Source of the DNA: a virus
DNA: 64,000 nucleotides
Virus record (IMG/VR): IMGVR_UViG_3300045988_173593
Coordinates: 1 to 64,000 of that record
Direction: 5' to 3' (one strand)
Shown here: piece by piece, positions 56,006 through 64,000 of the stretch
Layout of the letters: each line of letters opens with the position of its first letter
Numbering within the stretch: position 1 is the stretch's first letter
Program-made: the position numbers and the translations under genes
The notes under the pieces: generated by a model
Seen by the model: only the letters and a program-made list of their open reading frames with translations
What the model was told of the DNA's origin: nothing
Databases searched by the model: none

Positions 56006-57265
56006 TTATCTCGCAATCGGACTGTATTTCTGCCTTGAGTCATATCCGGTGCCGTTCCATATCAATTCGCATTCCAGGTGCGGCATGTTGCGCTCCTTGT
56101 TCGAAACCAGCGCCGTCCGGTTCGTCTTTCGGTCGCGGGTCATGAAGAACACCGCGTGCGCCAGTTCCCCGATATACCCGGTGCCTTTCAGGTGTTCCAG
56201 ATCGGGTTCAACTTTCACGCCTTCCTTGCGGTTCAGCTGCGCAAGCACAATTCCCGCCGCGTGGAGCTCCGCAAACATCGCGTGAAGTTCATCGGTGCAG
56301 TAGTTGAGCTGACTTAAACGATCCTGCCGCGCCATATACGCCGGGGCTTTCAGATTCTGGAAAAAGTCGATGATGATCAGATCCAGCCTGCCGTATTCTG
56401 CGATAATCCGTTTCGCCTCGCCGCGTATCTTCTCCGGCGTGTTGATTCGCGTCTCATTCCCGCGGATGAACAGCGTGTCGGAATACTCCTTGCTGATTCT
56501 TGCGCTTTCCCTTGCAAAGTCATGTAGACGGCGGTCTCCGTAATCGTTGACGATGTAATGCGGAATTCCGGAAAAAACCGCCGTGATGCGTTCCATGATA
56601 TCAATGCTGCTCGATTCCGTGCAGAGATACAGCACACGGTTGCCGAGCAGGAGATTCGTTTTCGTGATGGAAGCCGCAAGAGCCGTCTTCCCCTGTCCTG
56701 ACCGGCAGCCGATCACATACATGTCGCCGCGCTGATGTTTGATCGCAATCCCCGCCTCGGTATGCTCATCAAACCACGGAACGCAATTGTTCACGCTGTG
56801 CTGAATCTGATCAATCATCTCCGCGGCAAGCTCGCGGGTGGTCTTCGTGTTCGCGCCAGCCATGATTTCCTGCGCTTCGGATTCGGCTTTCAGCCAGAGA
56901 TCAAGCGCTTTTGCCGCATCGGGTTCCGCCTTGACGGTCTCCGCCGCCCGAACAAGTGCCGCTTTCGCCGCGTCCGCCTTGAAAAGACGAATCCAGCTTT
57001 CAATTCCGGCGGTCGAAGCCGCCGCGCTCTGAATCTCCATCAACACCGCGCCGGGATCGGTAACACTTGAACCGAGTTCACCCGCAAGGTCTGTCAGTTC
57101 CACGGTGCCGGAAACGCGGTATTGCTTCTCCGCCGCTTCAAACAGCCGCCGGTGAACAGGCGCTTCAAACAGCTCCGCCCGGACTCCCTGATTGCGGAGC
57201 ATGTCGATGTAATCGGGCTCGATCATGACAGCCGCAAGCAATTTCTGTTCATTTTCAAAACTCAT
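56006..57265 (-). CDS. replicative DNA helicase, DnaB family
   Basis: DnaB N-domain. Walker A GCRSGQGKT. LDLIIIDFFQ. Confidence 0.85.
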   Translation of the reverse strand: MSFENEQKLLAAVMIEPDYIDMLRNQGVRAELFEAPVHRRLFEAAEKQYRVSGTVELTDLAGELGSSVTDPGAVLMEIQSAAASTAGIESWIRLFKADAAKAALVRAAETVKAEPDAAKALDLWLKAESEAQEIMAGANTKTTRELAAEMIDQIQHSVNNCVPWFDEHTEAGIAIKHQRGDMYVIGCRSGQGKTALAASITKTNLLLGNRVLYLCTESSSIDIMERITAVFSGIPHYIVNDYGDRRLHDFARESARISKEYSDTLFIRGNETRINTPEKIRGEAKRIIAEYGRLDLIIIDFFQNLKAPAYMARQDRLSQLNYCTDELHAMFAELHAAGIVLAQLNRKEGVKVEPDLEHLKGTGYIGELAHAVFFMTRDRKTNRTALVSNKERNMPHLECELIWNGTGYDSRQKYSPIAR

Positions 57266-58065
57266 CTTTTCGCATCCAATCTCCGGAACACATCCGGTGT
57301 TTCATTGTCGTTTTCATCGTCGGAAAGATTCCATAGCGCCGGGTTATCGTCGTAATGCCCAGCCTCAAAAAACTTCTCCATCGACCACGTGTAACGCTTC
57401 TTTGAGTCCGGAACATCCCGGTAGAACACGGCATAGTTTTTCACAACCTCAAGCAGACGTGTTTCAGCCTCCTTCAGACTTTCGCTCCCGTCAATGAGCC
57501 GTTTCAGGACTTTCAGCGCGGAACGTTTTCCGGCTTCCATTGCAAACCGTTTTGGGTATGCGGCAGCCAGTTTTTCCACAGCCTGAACAATCCTGATGTC
57601 TTCCGCCGGGGTCTTATCTGGAACAACTGAAGATTTTTCCGCTTCTGCTTCTTCGTCACGAAGTGACACTTTTTTTAGAGACGTAGTCTCTTTTTTTATT
57701 TCCCTTTCCCTACGCGCGTGGGAGCATGAATCAGTACCGTTTTCAGTACTGAAATCTGACTGATTAAGATTCTTATTCAGTACTGATTCAGTACCGTTTT
57801 CAGTACTGAAATCTTTCTTGTTCAGCGCCTTGTTATGATAGTAATTTTCATTGTTCTTTTGTCTCCTGATGTTCATGTCAACAGACGGCTTGATAAGCTC
57901 AAATATGACCTTGCCGTGCCCTTTCAGAACCGGTTCCGTTCCATACAGAAAATACTCCATGTAGGCACTGTAGAAGCGTCCTTTTTCGGCATCCGACAAT
58001 CGCGATTCCTTTACGGCTTTCACAACGGATTCAAACACTGTTACAGTCTTGTATTTATTGCTCAT
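57262..58065 (-). CDS. replication initiator/organizer candidate containing internal iterons
   Basis: Position upstream of DnaB. Internal tandem DNA repeats that encode DFSTENGT x2. Confidence 0.45.
   Translation of the reverse strand: MSNKYKTVTVFESVVKAVKESRLSDAEKGRFYSAYMEYFLYGTEPVLKGHGKVIFELIKPSVDMNIRRQKNNENYYHNKALNKKDFSTENGTESVLNKNLNQSDFSTENGTDSCSHARREREIKKETTSLKKVSLRDEEAEAEKSSVVPDKTPAEDIRIVQAVEKLAAAYPKRFAMEAGKRSALKVLKRLIDGSESLKEAETRLLEVVKNYAVFYRDVPDSKKRYTWSMEKFFEAGHYDDNPALWNLSDDENDNETPDVFRRLDAKR
57728..57815. repeat. iteron cluster: 5 copies of TCAGTAC(C/T)G within about 50-nt direct repeats, a candidate origin
   Basis: Read directly. Adjacent AT-rich stretch with the palindrome TAGAGACGTAGTCTCT. 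Confidence 0.5.
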
Positions 58066-58382
58066 TGTTCTTTCTCCAGAATGTATTCCGCTTTCGGAAT
58101 CATTGCTTCAATCTCGGTGCCAAGCTTCGCAATTTGCGAACCGTAGTTCACCGGATTCCTGATATGTGCGTTAAGGATTGCGCGTACCTGATACGGCGTG
58201 AAACGCCTGATCGGCTTGTGAATGGAGAACGGTAACAGTTTTACTTGATTTTCTTCCGAATCGCATTTTTCTGTTACCAGTTCCCCTGACAGGAACCGCT
58301 CAAGCGCCGCATACAGCGTATGGATGCCGCCGCGGTCGCGCAAATACCTGATCTGCTTTTCCGTCAAACGGATCGAAGCCAT
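58062..58382 (-). CDS. hypothetical protein
   Basis: ORF. Confidence 0.45.
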   Translation of the reverse strand: MASIRLTEKQIRYLRDRGGIHTLYAALERFLSGELVTEKCDSEENQVKLLPFSIHKPIRRFTPYQVRAILNAHIRNPVNYGSQIAKLGTEIEAMIPKAEYILEKEQ

Positions 58383-58383
58383 G

Positions 58384-59475
58384 TCACACCGCCATAAGCT
58401 GCTTTTTCGGCGGCTTGAAGGTGATAAGCTCGGAGAGCTCGGCGTTGAACTTCTCCTTGCCCTCCTTTTCGGTCTTGAACACGCCGGATTCCTTCAGCTC
58501 TTTTGCATACGCTTTTTCAAGTTTGGAAACAGACGCCGTGCAACAGTTCAGGAATGTTGCCGCATCCATACCGCTTTTGTCAAATGCCGCCTGAATGTCC
58601 TTGATTTCGCGCCCGCCGGAAGACTCTTTCAGGCGATACGGCCCGCATGAACCGGACTCTTCGCAAATCGCCTTGATCCGGTTGTCCACACGTTCACCGA
58701 GTTTTGCGACAAGATCGCATTTCCGTTTCAACTCCACCAGCGTTTCCGCCGGGAGCTCAGCCAGCGACGGCATCGGAACCAGCGTTTCCGCTTTGACGGC
58801 GACCATTTCGGCGGTTTTAGCCAACGCAGGGCAAGTTCCATGCGCCGCCGCCTTGCAATAGCGGCATTGCGTTTCGCCTGGCACCAGCGGCGCATTTTCT
58901 TTCATACATGCCGCCATAACCCGCGCCGCATACGCCGCAATTTTTGCCTTGTCGTTGAATGTGCAACTGGAATACTGACGAATGACCGGATTGATGAAAT
59001 GCACATCGGCAACGTCTTTCTTGAACTCCTGCATTGCCGCAAGAGCGTACAGCGCGCCTTGCGGGTTGTCGTTTGCGGCGTTGACCGCCCGATGTCCGAA
59101 CTTGAAATCAACGATGATTACTTTTTCCGGCGTGATAATGACAACGTCGGCAGTGCCGCGGTATTTCTCGATTCCGCAATAGGAATAGGAAAGCCGGTAT
59201 TCCGTCCTGACATCGTCGCCGTTTCCTGAAACGATCTCTGCCACCTTTTCCATCGCATCTCTGATATCGTCGTCGTTGATTTCAAGTTTGCCCTCGCCGT
59301 GGTAAAATGCGTCAATTGCCTTCGCGATCTCCTCATGTTTCCTCGTCCCCTCCTGTGAGTCCGGCGACTCGACGGACGGCAAATCCATTTCCATACGGTA
59401 GGAGCCAGGGCAGAGCTCCCGCCGCTCGAAGCTCGACGGCCCGAACGGACGGTGTTTCATTTCTTCTTCCTGCAT
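58384..59475 (-). CDS. PD-(D/E)XK nuclease with a C-terminal 4-Cys cluster (Cas4/DUF2800-like exonuclease)
   Basis: ADVVIITPEKVIIVDFKFG. CRYCKAAAHGTCP. Confidence 0.65.
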   Translation of the reverse strand: MQEEEMKHRPFGPSSFERRELCPGSYRMEMDLPSVESPDSQEGTRKHEEIAKAIDAFYHGEGKLEINDDDIRDAMEKVAEIVSGNGDDVRTEYRLSYSYCGIEKYRGTADVVIITPEKVIIVDFKFGHRAVNAANDNPQGALYALAAMQEFKKDVADVHFINPVIRQYSSCTFNDKAKIAAYAARVMAACMKENAPLVPGETQCRYCKAAAHGTCPALAKTAEMVAVKAETLVPMPSLAELPAETLVELKRKCDLVAKLGERVDNRIKAICEESGSCGPYRLKESSGGREIKDIQAAFDKSGMDAATFLNCCTASVSKLEKAYAKELKESGVFKTEKEGKEKFNAELSELITFKPPKKQLMAV

Positions 59476-59487
59476 AATACAAATTCC

Positions 59488-59802
59488 TCAGTAATTTAAT
59501 TCACATGACCCTTGCGCTACTATTTTTCCGTTGAACAGGATGTCAATACATGTAGAATAATAGCCACTCTGAATTGAATAACATGGAATAAAGAACATTT
59601 TGTTTTCATTCCCGAAACGGAAACCGCTTTCTTCAACAAATTCAAAAGTCAAAGGCTTTTGAAACTCTGTATTACGTGCAATATCATCAAGTTGTGAAAA
59701 ATCAGCGTAATTGTTTTCACAGCAATTTTGTTCATGGTAGCATGTGATTTCATCTCCTGTATCGAACAGGATGCTGTCTAAATCAACTTTTATGATTTTC
59801 AT
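59488..59802 (-). CDS. hypothetical protein
   Basis: ORF. Confidence 0.45.
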   Translation of the reverse strand: MKIIKVDLDSILFDTGDEITCYHEQNCCENNYADFSQLDDIARNTEFQKPLTFEFVEESGFRFGNENKMFFIPCYSIQSGYYSTCIDILFNGKIVAQGSCELNY

Positions 59803-59805
59803 TTC

Positions 59806-60630
59806 TCACTCTCCCATTTCCATTTTCTCGACGATCTGATTGAGGTTCGGCGCAACCATGTCAAAGCTGAAAATCTCGCCCTTTGACTCGACGTAAGCCT
59901 TGACTTCTTCGGCGGTCGACGGAATCCCCTTTTCGTCGATGAGCGCCTGAAGCTTTTCAACGTCGGACGGCTCGGCTTTCGGTGTTTCCGTCTGAGATTC
60001 AGCTTTCACCGCCGCGCTGTTCTGTTCAAACCGTGACGGACGCGCCTCGGTGACAATCGGCTGAACGTCGATCACTTCCTCCTCCGTATGGATTCCCATT
60101 GTCAATTCGGGAGCATACAGACGCGCAAACAGAGTCGCGCACCGGTAACGGAGCATCAGTTCCGGCATCGTCTGCCACTTGGAACCGTTCTTGCTGAACC
60201 AGCCCTCTTTTTTCGCCATGCCGATTGTGACTTCGGGCGATTCCAGAGTTTCCCCGGAAGCGTCTTTCGCCCATGCAATGCAGCCGTAGGAGTCGTCGCC
60301 CTTCTTGCCGGTCATCTTATACCGTAGCGGCGAAAACTTCTTTGACGCATTGACGCACGCCACAAGAAATTGCGAGCTCCACGCCGGTTTGCCGTGAACA
60401 ATATAAAGGTTCTGCATAACCATCAGCGGACTTGCCCCGATCCGCTGTGACATTTCAAGCGCGATCATGCAGTTTTCTGTCCGTTTCTGGAATGTTTGCG
60501 GAATAAGGTCAGACTTCGAAAGAAGCGAAGCAACCTTGTATGCGCTCGTGTAAAACTCGAAAAAATTCGGTGTTGCGTTGTCGTTCTGTGTTGCGACCGC
60601 CGTTTCAGTTTTCAGTAATTCGTTTGCCAT
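59806..60630 (-). CDS. RecT-like single-strand annealing protein
   Basis: Size, composition and pairing with the nuclease. Confidence 0.55.
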   Translation of the reverse strand: MANELLKTETAVATQNDNATPNFFEFYTSAYKVASLLSKSDLIPQTFQKRTENCMIALEMSQRIGASPLMVMQNLYIVHGKPAWSSQFLVACVNASKKFSPLRYKMTGKKGDDSYGCIAWAKDASGETLESPEVTIGMAKKEGWFSKNGSKWQTMPELMLRYRCATLFARLYAPELTMGIHTEEEVIDVQPIVTEARPSRFEQNSAAVKAESQTETPKAEPSDVEKLQALIDEKGIPSTAEEVKAYVESKGEIFSFDMVAPNLNQIVEKMEMGE

Positions 60631-60675
60631 TTGACTTTTTTCCTTTCTCCTGTATATTACAGGCAGTTTTTGTTT

Positions 60676-60933
60676 TTATGATGCCCGGAGCTTTTCCCCG
60701 TTCCGGGTTTCGTTTTCTATGACCTCTTTCAGCTTTCTTGCAAATTCGCCGTTCAGCCTCAGATAACGGACTTTCCGACCGCGAACCAGGGCGGCGGATG
60801 TGATCTCGTCAACGACAAAATGATATTCGTTGACGTAAGTCTCCACGATCCCGCCCCGGAACCCGACGCATACCGTATGCTCTCCGATCGGAACATCGGC
60901 GTAACAGTAATCAATCCGCCCGTTCAGCTTCAT
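60676..60933 (-). CDS. hypothetical protein
   Basis: ORF. Confidence 0.45.
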   Translation of the reverse strand: MKLNGRIDYCYADVPIGEHTVCVGFRGGIVETYVNEYHFVVDEITSAALVRGRKVRYLRLNGEFARKLKEVIENETRNGEKLRAS

Positions 60934-60960
60934 TTTTTATTTCCGTTCTTTTTGTCCATT

Positions 60961-61083
60961 TCAAAACCTGTGCGATTCTGTAATCTTTTTGATTCTGAAA
61001 AGCCGCCCCGCCGCCGCGATTGCCAGAATCGCCAGCGCCGGCGCCATCAGAGGCAGGCACAGCCTGAGAAACTCATTCATCAT
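60961..61083 (-). CDS. small membrane peptide (MMNEFLRLCLPLMAPALAILAIAAAG...)
   Basis: An ATGA overlap couples it to the upstream small gene. Confidence 0.3.
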   Translation of the reverse strand: MMNEFLRLCLPLMAPALAILAIAAAGRLFRIKKITESHRF

Positions 61084-61252
61084 CCGCCTCGCTTTCTTCG
61101 TCTTCTTCGTTTTCCGGTTCGCCGTTGATATTTCCGCTTTCTTCATCGCCGTAGTCGTAATCGGGATTCTCCGTTCCGCATTCCGGGCAGACGGCATGAC
61201 CGATGTAAAAGTGACGCCCGCACTCGTCGCATTGCGTTGTCTCGTCTTTCAT
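61073..61252 (-). CDS. 59-aa zinc-ribbon protein with an acidic tail
   Basis: RBS GAAAAGAGAGG. CDEC...CPEC. Confidence 0.35.
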   Translation of the reverse strand: MKDETTQCDECGRHFYIGHAVCPECGTENPDYDYGDEESGNINGEPENEEDEESEADDE

Positions 61253-61268
61253 GAAAAACCTCTCTTTT

Positions 61269-61496
61269 CTAAAGGCTGATTGTCAACCCGGCGTTGACCG
61301 CCGCCTCATAAGCCATGACCGTATCGCGGAAGCCGCCGAACCACTGAACCCCCTGCGACGGACCGCCGCGAAACAGAAAAAACTCGATCAGCTTCTTTTT
61401 CTTTTCGCGCAAGAGATTGAGCGCGCATTTCCGTCCGAGTTCATACCGGTAGTCTTTGCCGGTTCTGATGATTTCCAGAAGTTCCTCGTCGCTCAT
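61269..61496 (-). CDS. hypothetical protein
   Basis: ORF. Confidence 0.45.
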   Translation of the reverse strand: MSDEELLEIIRTGKDYRYELGRKCALNLLREKKKKLIEFFLFRGGPSQGVQWFGGFRDTVMAYEAAVNAGLTISL

Positions 61497-61607
61497 TGAC
61501 CGTTCCTCCTTTCCGGTTGATTTTTTTTAACGTGTGATGTATATTCTGACATACCAGCCGACAACGAAACCGGCTGTCACCCCTGAAACAAGAAGGAAGA
61601 ATCTGTT

Positions 61608-61976
61608 ATGAGTGAAATCATAAAACTCTTCACCGCTGCCCTTGAGTTCATGAGTCCGTTTTGGACTGGCGTCGCGTTTGGTTTTCTGTTCGGATTTCTT
61701 GCTTTCCCCCGGATCAGCGGAAGCCCCGTTGCCAAGGAATGGCGCGATAAGCAGACCGCCAAGAAGAACCGGAAGAAGCGCCTTGCGCAGGTTCGGTTTC
61801 TTGCGGATCGCGGGCTTGAGTTCGACGCCGTTCAGACCATTTCCAGCCTTGAGACCGGAGAACGGTTTTGTCCGGAGTGTTTTGAAATGGACTGGACAAT
61901 TCACAAACTCAAACCCATGCACGAGCGATATAAGCCCGCAATTTTCTGCTCCCGGTGCGGGAGCCGTTACATTTGA
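61608..61976 (+). CDS. membrane plus zinc-ribbon (CPEC...CSRCG) protein
   Basis: RBS AAGGAAGAA. Preferred over the overlapping minus ORF 61527..62087. Confidence 0.45.
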   Translation: MSEIIKLFTAALEFMSPFWTGVAFGFLFGFLAFPRISGSPVAKEWRDKQTAKKNRKKRLAQVRFLADRGLEFDAVQTISSLETGERFCPECFEMDWTIHKLKPMHERYKPAIFCSRCGSRYI

Positions 61977-62275
61977 ACGATCGGACATTTTGTTCTTCAT
62001 GCTGTTAACGTCCTTTTGTATTTGAAACTTTACGTTGATTCGATTACAAGACGGATTGCAAGGGCTGATGATGCCGGAGCAATCCATCTGTGAGTTTTTT
62101 TGCGGGATTATTCCGTTACATCTTCAGCAGATTCATGCAGAGCGCGATAAGCGCAAGAATGAACGCTGTAATAGCGATGTGCTTCACGCTGATTCCGAGC
62201 GCGTTGTTTGCGCTGTATCTCAGCTGGCAGTATTCGCATTCGTGCTTCGGATTTTTGCACTGTTTCGGATTCATT

Positions 62276-62563
62276 TTACCGCCCTCCGAGCTGATAATCC
62301 AGTATCAGGATGCCTTTGATCTCCTGCTTGAGCTTGCCCTCTATCGGCAGGGTGTCGATGTAGCGGTAGATTGCCTCCCGGTCGGCGATGGCTTCCGCGG
62401 CGAGCGTGATAGCCCCGAACGGATTGCGTTTGATTCTCTGTTGCACCGTTGCCGGGAAACCATACCAGATCGGACGTGTCGGGAATTGTTCCTGGTCGTG
62501 GCGTTGCGCCAGTGAGATTGCTTCTTCATTCAGTGGAAGCCGGTTTGTGTGTCTGCAATTCAT
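62276..62563 (-). CDS. hypothetical early protein (MNCRHTNRLPL...)
   Basis: RBS GGAGG. First gene after the triple promoter-terminator array. Confidence 0.55.
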   Translation of the reverse strand: MNCRHTNRLPLNEEAISLAQRHDQEQFPTRPIWYGFPATVQQRIKRNPFGAITLAAEAIADREAIYRYIDTLPIEGKLKQEIKGILILDYQLGGR

Positions 62564-62634
62564 GCTCTCGCCTCCTTGTGATTAGCGAACATTTTTAATG
62601 TGTTTCTTTTCTGCCGGTTCAGAGCAAAAAAGAA

Positions 62635-62695
62635 GGCTTGCGGGGTTGAACCACGAGTCACAAGTCTCGCCTGTCCGAAGACAGCCCCGCAAGCC
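62635..62695 (-). terminator. cassette 1 terminator-like hairpin (11-bp perfect stem GGCTTGCGGGG, 39-nt loop) followed by a U-run on the minus strand
   Basis: Read directly. Confidence 0.5.
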
Positions 62696-62787
62696 AAAAT
62701 AAAACGCTTGCATGAAAAAATCGGGAGTGTGCCGTTTGACGGTACGACTGCCGCTTGTGAATCGAGTGGTTCAGACCCAATGCCTTT

Positions 62788-62816
62788 ACAATAGCCTGAG
62801 CTTTCACCGAAGTCAA
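62788..62816 (-). promoter_or_regulatory. cassette 1 promoter (minus: TTGACT-17-TATTGT) with CCGCTTGACT context
   Basis: Read directly. Confidence 0.5.
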
Positions 62817-62826
62817 GCGGCTTTCT

Positions 62827-62913
62827 GAAAAAAGTTGCGATTTTTTTCGTGTCCGCGCTCTGCGGCGCGGCGGCGTCCCGGATCGGTATCCGGCTCGTGT
62901 GTCGGCAAATCAT
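62827..62913 (-). promoter_or_regulatory. conserved 87-nt block copy A: A/T-rich UP-like tract, two small hairpins, a GGAGG-N6-ATG pseudo-start
   Basis: Near-identical to 63182-63267. Confidence 0.5.
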
Positions 62914-62978
62914 GGTTACCTCCTTCTGCAAAGGTTATTGATTGCTTTTTTGAGCCGTTTTCACGCGGGCACAAAAAA

Positions 62979-63049
62979 GGACTTGAAGAGGTTGAAAACA
63001 CGGCAGAAGACGTGCGCCGATCCTTACGGGTACAGCCCTCTCCAAGTCC
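62979..63049 (-). terminator. cassette 2 terminator-like hairpin (13-bp stem, 1 mismatch) plus a U-run
   Basis: Read directly. Confidence 0.5.
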
Positions 63050-63142
63050 AATAATAGACCTGAGGTATAAATGTTGGGATTTGTTGCCTTGACGGAAACA
63101 ACGCCCGCTTCTGCTTTCAGAGTTTTCAAGCTCCTTGCCTTT

Positions 63143-63171
63143 ACAATAATCGGCAGGGCTTGCGATTTCAA
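63143..63171 (-). promoter_or_regulatory. cassette 2 promoter (minus: TTGAAA-17-TATTGT)
   Basis: Read directly. The downstream TATTGTAAAGGCA is shared with cassette 1. Confidence 0.5.
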
Positions 63172-63181
63172 GCGGGTTTTC

Positions 63182-63267
63182 GGAAAAGTTGCGATTTTTT
63201 TCGTGTCCGCGCTCTGCGGCGCGGCGGCGTCCCGGATCGGTATCCGGCTCGTGTGTCGGCAAATCAT
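63182..63267 (-). promoter_or_regulatory. conserved 87-nt block copy B
   Basis: Near-identical to copy A. Confidence 0.5.
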
Positions 63268-63333
63268 TGCTTGCACCTCTATTGCTAAGGATTTTCGTTA
63301 TCCTCTTTCGCGCCGTTCCAAGGGCACAAAAAA

Positions 63334-63394
63334 GGGCTTGAGGGTTGGAACACGTGACTAACGACACGCCAGCCTTACGGCTGCCCTCAAGCCC
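63334..63394 (-). terminator. cassette 3 terminator-like hairpin (11-bp perfect stem GGGCTTGAGGG) plus a U-run
   Basis: Read directly. Confidence 0.5.
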
Positions 63395-63500
63395 AAAATC
63401 AAAACACAATGATTCGGTCTTGTAAAAATTACGGGAATCGTGCGCCGAGTTGACGGAACGACTGCCGCGTTAGTAAAGGGGTTCCAATCCCAATACTGGG

Positions 63501-63529
63501 AATATAACTCTAAAACCCCGTAATATCAA
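63501..63529 (-). promoter_or_regulatory. cassette 3 promoter (minus: TTGATA-17-TATATT)
   Basis: Read directly. Confidence 0.45.
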
Positions 63530-63557
63530 ACGCAAACTTATATTTTTTTTGAAAAAT

Positions 63558-63586
63558 TTGACTTGTTATAAAATAATTATATATTG
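63558..63586 (+). promoter_or_regulatory. sigma70-type promoter (TTGACT, about 17-nt spacer, ATATTG) for the + gene at 63611, divergent from cassette 3
   Basis: Read directly. Confidence 0.45.
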
Positions 63587-63610
63587 ATATAGAAAAAGGG
63601 GAAACAAAAT

Positions 63611-64000
63611 ATGCAAATAAAATGTAGCAAGTGTGGTCAATTATATAACGTTGACTTTTCCTTGGTTGGAAGAAAAGTTGAATGTGTTTGCGGTTTCAAG
63701 TGGTTTTTGCGTGAGCCTATGCCGCAAATAATGCCAGCTCGATCTCTTAACGAAGAACTTGAAGCAATATCTATGGAAGATATAGCGCGGTTCCCGGAAA
63801 AAACTGCTCAAAGAATATCAAATGCTATTTCAGCGCAATACATGAATTACATTAAAAAGACAAATATTATACAAGAAGAGTCTTTTAATGACGCTTATGA
63901 AAGTTTGAAAAATAATTGTGCATACGGTAATCCGGTTCCTGGCGTCTTTAAAGAGTTTTTCAAGTTATGCCGTAAAAAGAATACTGAAGATAAAAAGGCA
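63611..64000 (+). CDS. partial ORF (runs off the window) with an N-terminal zinc ribbon (CSKCG...CVCG)
   Basis: RBS AAAAAGGGGAAACAAA-ATG identical in style to the RBS of 1654..2049. No stop before the window end. Confidence 0.5.
   Translation, partial: MQIKCSKCGQLYNVDFSLVGRKVECVCGFKWFLREPMPQIMPARSLNEELEAISMEDIARFPEKTAQRISNAISAQYMNYIKKTNIIQEESFNDAYESLKNNCAYGNPVPGVFKEFFKLCRKKNTEDKKA

Larger units (their letters stand above)
1..64000. mobile_element. Temperate tailed phage genome (siphovirus-like, SPP1/HK97-type morphogenesis order), probably in attP (unintegrated) configuration
   Basis: Integrase, CI-like repressor, tRNA-3'-end att core, TerS/TerL, portal, capsid, tape measure, tail fibres, replication and recombination genes found across the window. 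Confidence 0.85.

Noticed and set aside
61527-62087. 186-aa minus ORF
   Set aside because: Non-protein-like sequence. The opposite-strand ORF 61608..61976 has an RBS and TM/zinc-ribbon features
62560-63409. Long minus-strand ORFs through the repeats (62560..62931, 62935..63276, 62813..63409) as real proteins, or as type I toxin peptides
   Set aside because: The peptide sequences diverge completely outside the 87-nt block while RNA and DNA structure is conserved. The peptides are not hydrophobic. Promoter plus terminator logic explains the units better
62620-63530. Retron msr-msd or DGR template/variable repeats as explanations for the structured tandem units
   Set aside because: No reverse transcriptase gene anywhere in the window. 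The similarity is at unit 5' ends with promoters, not the 3'-end VR/TR pattern
62620-63530. Integron attC cassette array
   Set aside because: The hairpin ends are GGCTTG...CAAGCC rather than RYYYAAC/GTTRRRY. There is no intI-like gene. Each unit carries its own promoter
1-64000. Testing circular closure by joining the partial ORF at 63611 to position 1
   Set aside because: In-frame continuation gives the implausible 4..360 peptide. Circularity cannot be established from this window

Overview
The window reads as one temperate tailed-phage genome of siphovirus type with SPP1/HK97-like gene order, probably from a Firmicutes/Clostridia-like host (AGGAGG-type ribosome-binding sites, sigma70-like promoters). 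Positions 1-5135 carry the lysogeny module on the + strand: an RHH-like small regulator divergent from a CI-like S24-peptidase repressor, then a tyrosine integrase ending next to a 29-nt tRNA 3'-end mimic (perfect TTCGATT T-loop, acceptor 3' strand, CCA). Integrase and tail-fibre genes sit on either side of that core, so this looks like an attP (unintegrated) configuration rather than an integrated prophage. From about 5.4 kb to 62.6 kb nearly everything is on the minus strand. In transcription order that block has recombination/replication genes first (RecT-like, Cas4-like nuclease, an initiator containing iterons, DnaB, RusA, an SNF2-methylase fusion, two PAPS-reductase-like genes, SSB). It then runs a sigma region-4-like regulator, a ParB-like nuclease, TerS, a Dam-like methylase, TerL, portal, an SPP1 gp7-like head protein, scaffold, capsid and connectors. 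Last come the tail genes: major tail protein, a G/GT chaperone with a -1 frameshift, tape measure and tail fibres (LRR, LamG, collagen-like). Plus-strand moron islands with their own sigma70 promoters interrupt it; they include an XRE-ImmA-Zn-ribbon trio, a pentapeptide-repeat protein, three antirepressor-type genes and a lipoprotein. Two regulatory signals stand out. The first is a CCGGATTGTCAAT motif that recurs at least 11 times, always oriented with the downstream operon. The second is an array of three tandem promoter - ~150-nt leader - long-hairpin-terminator cassettes at the head of the minus-strand block, two of them carrying a near-identical 87-nt upstream block. Coordinates of features I located by hand may be off by 1-2 nt.
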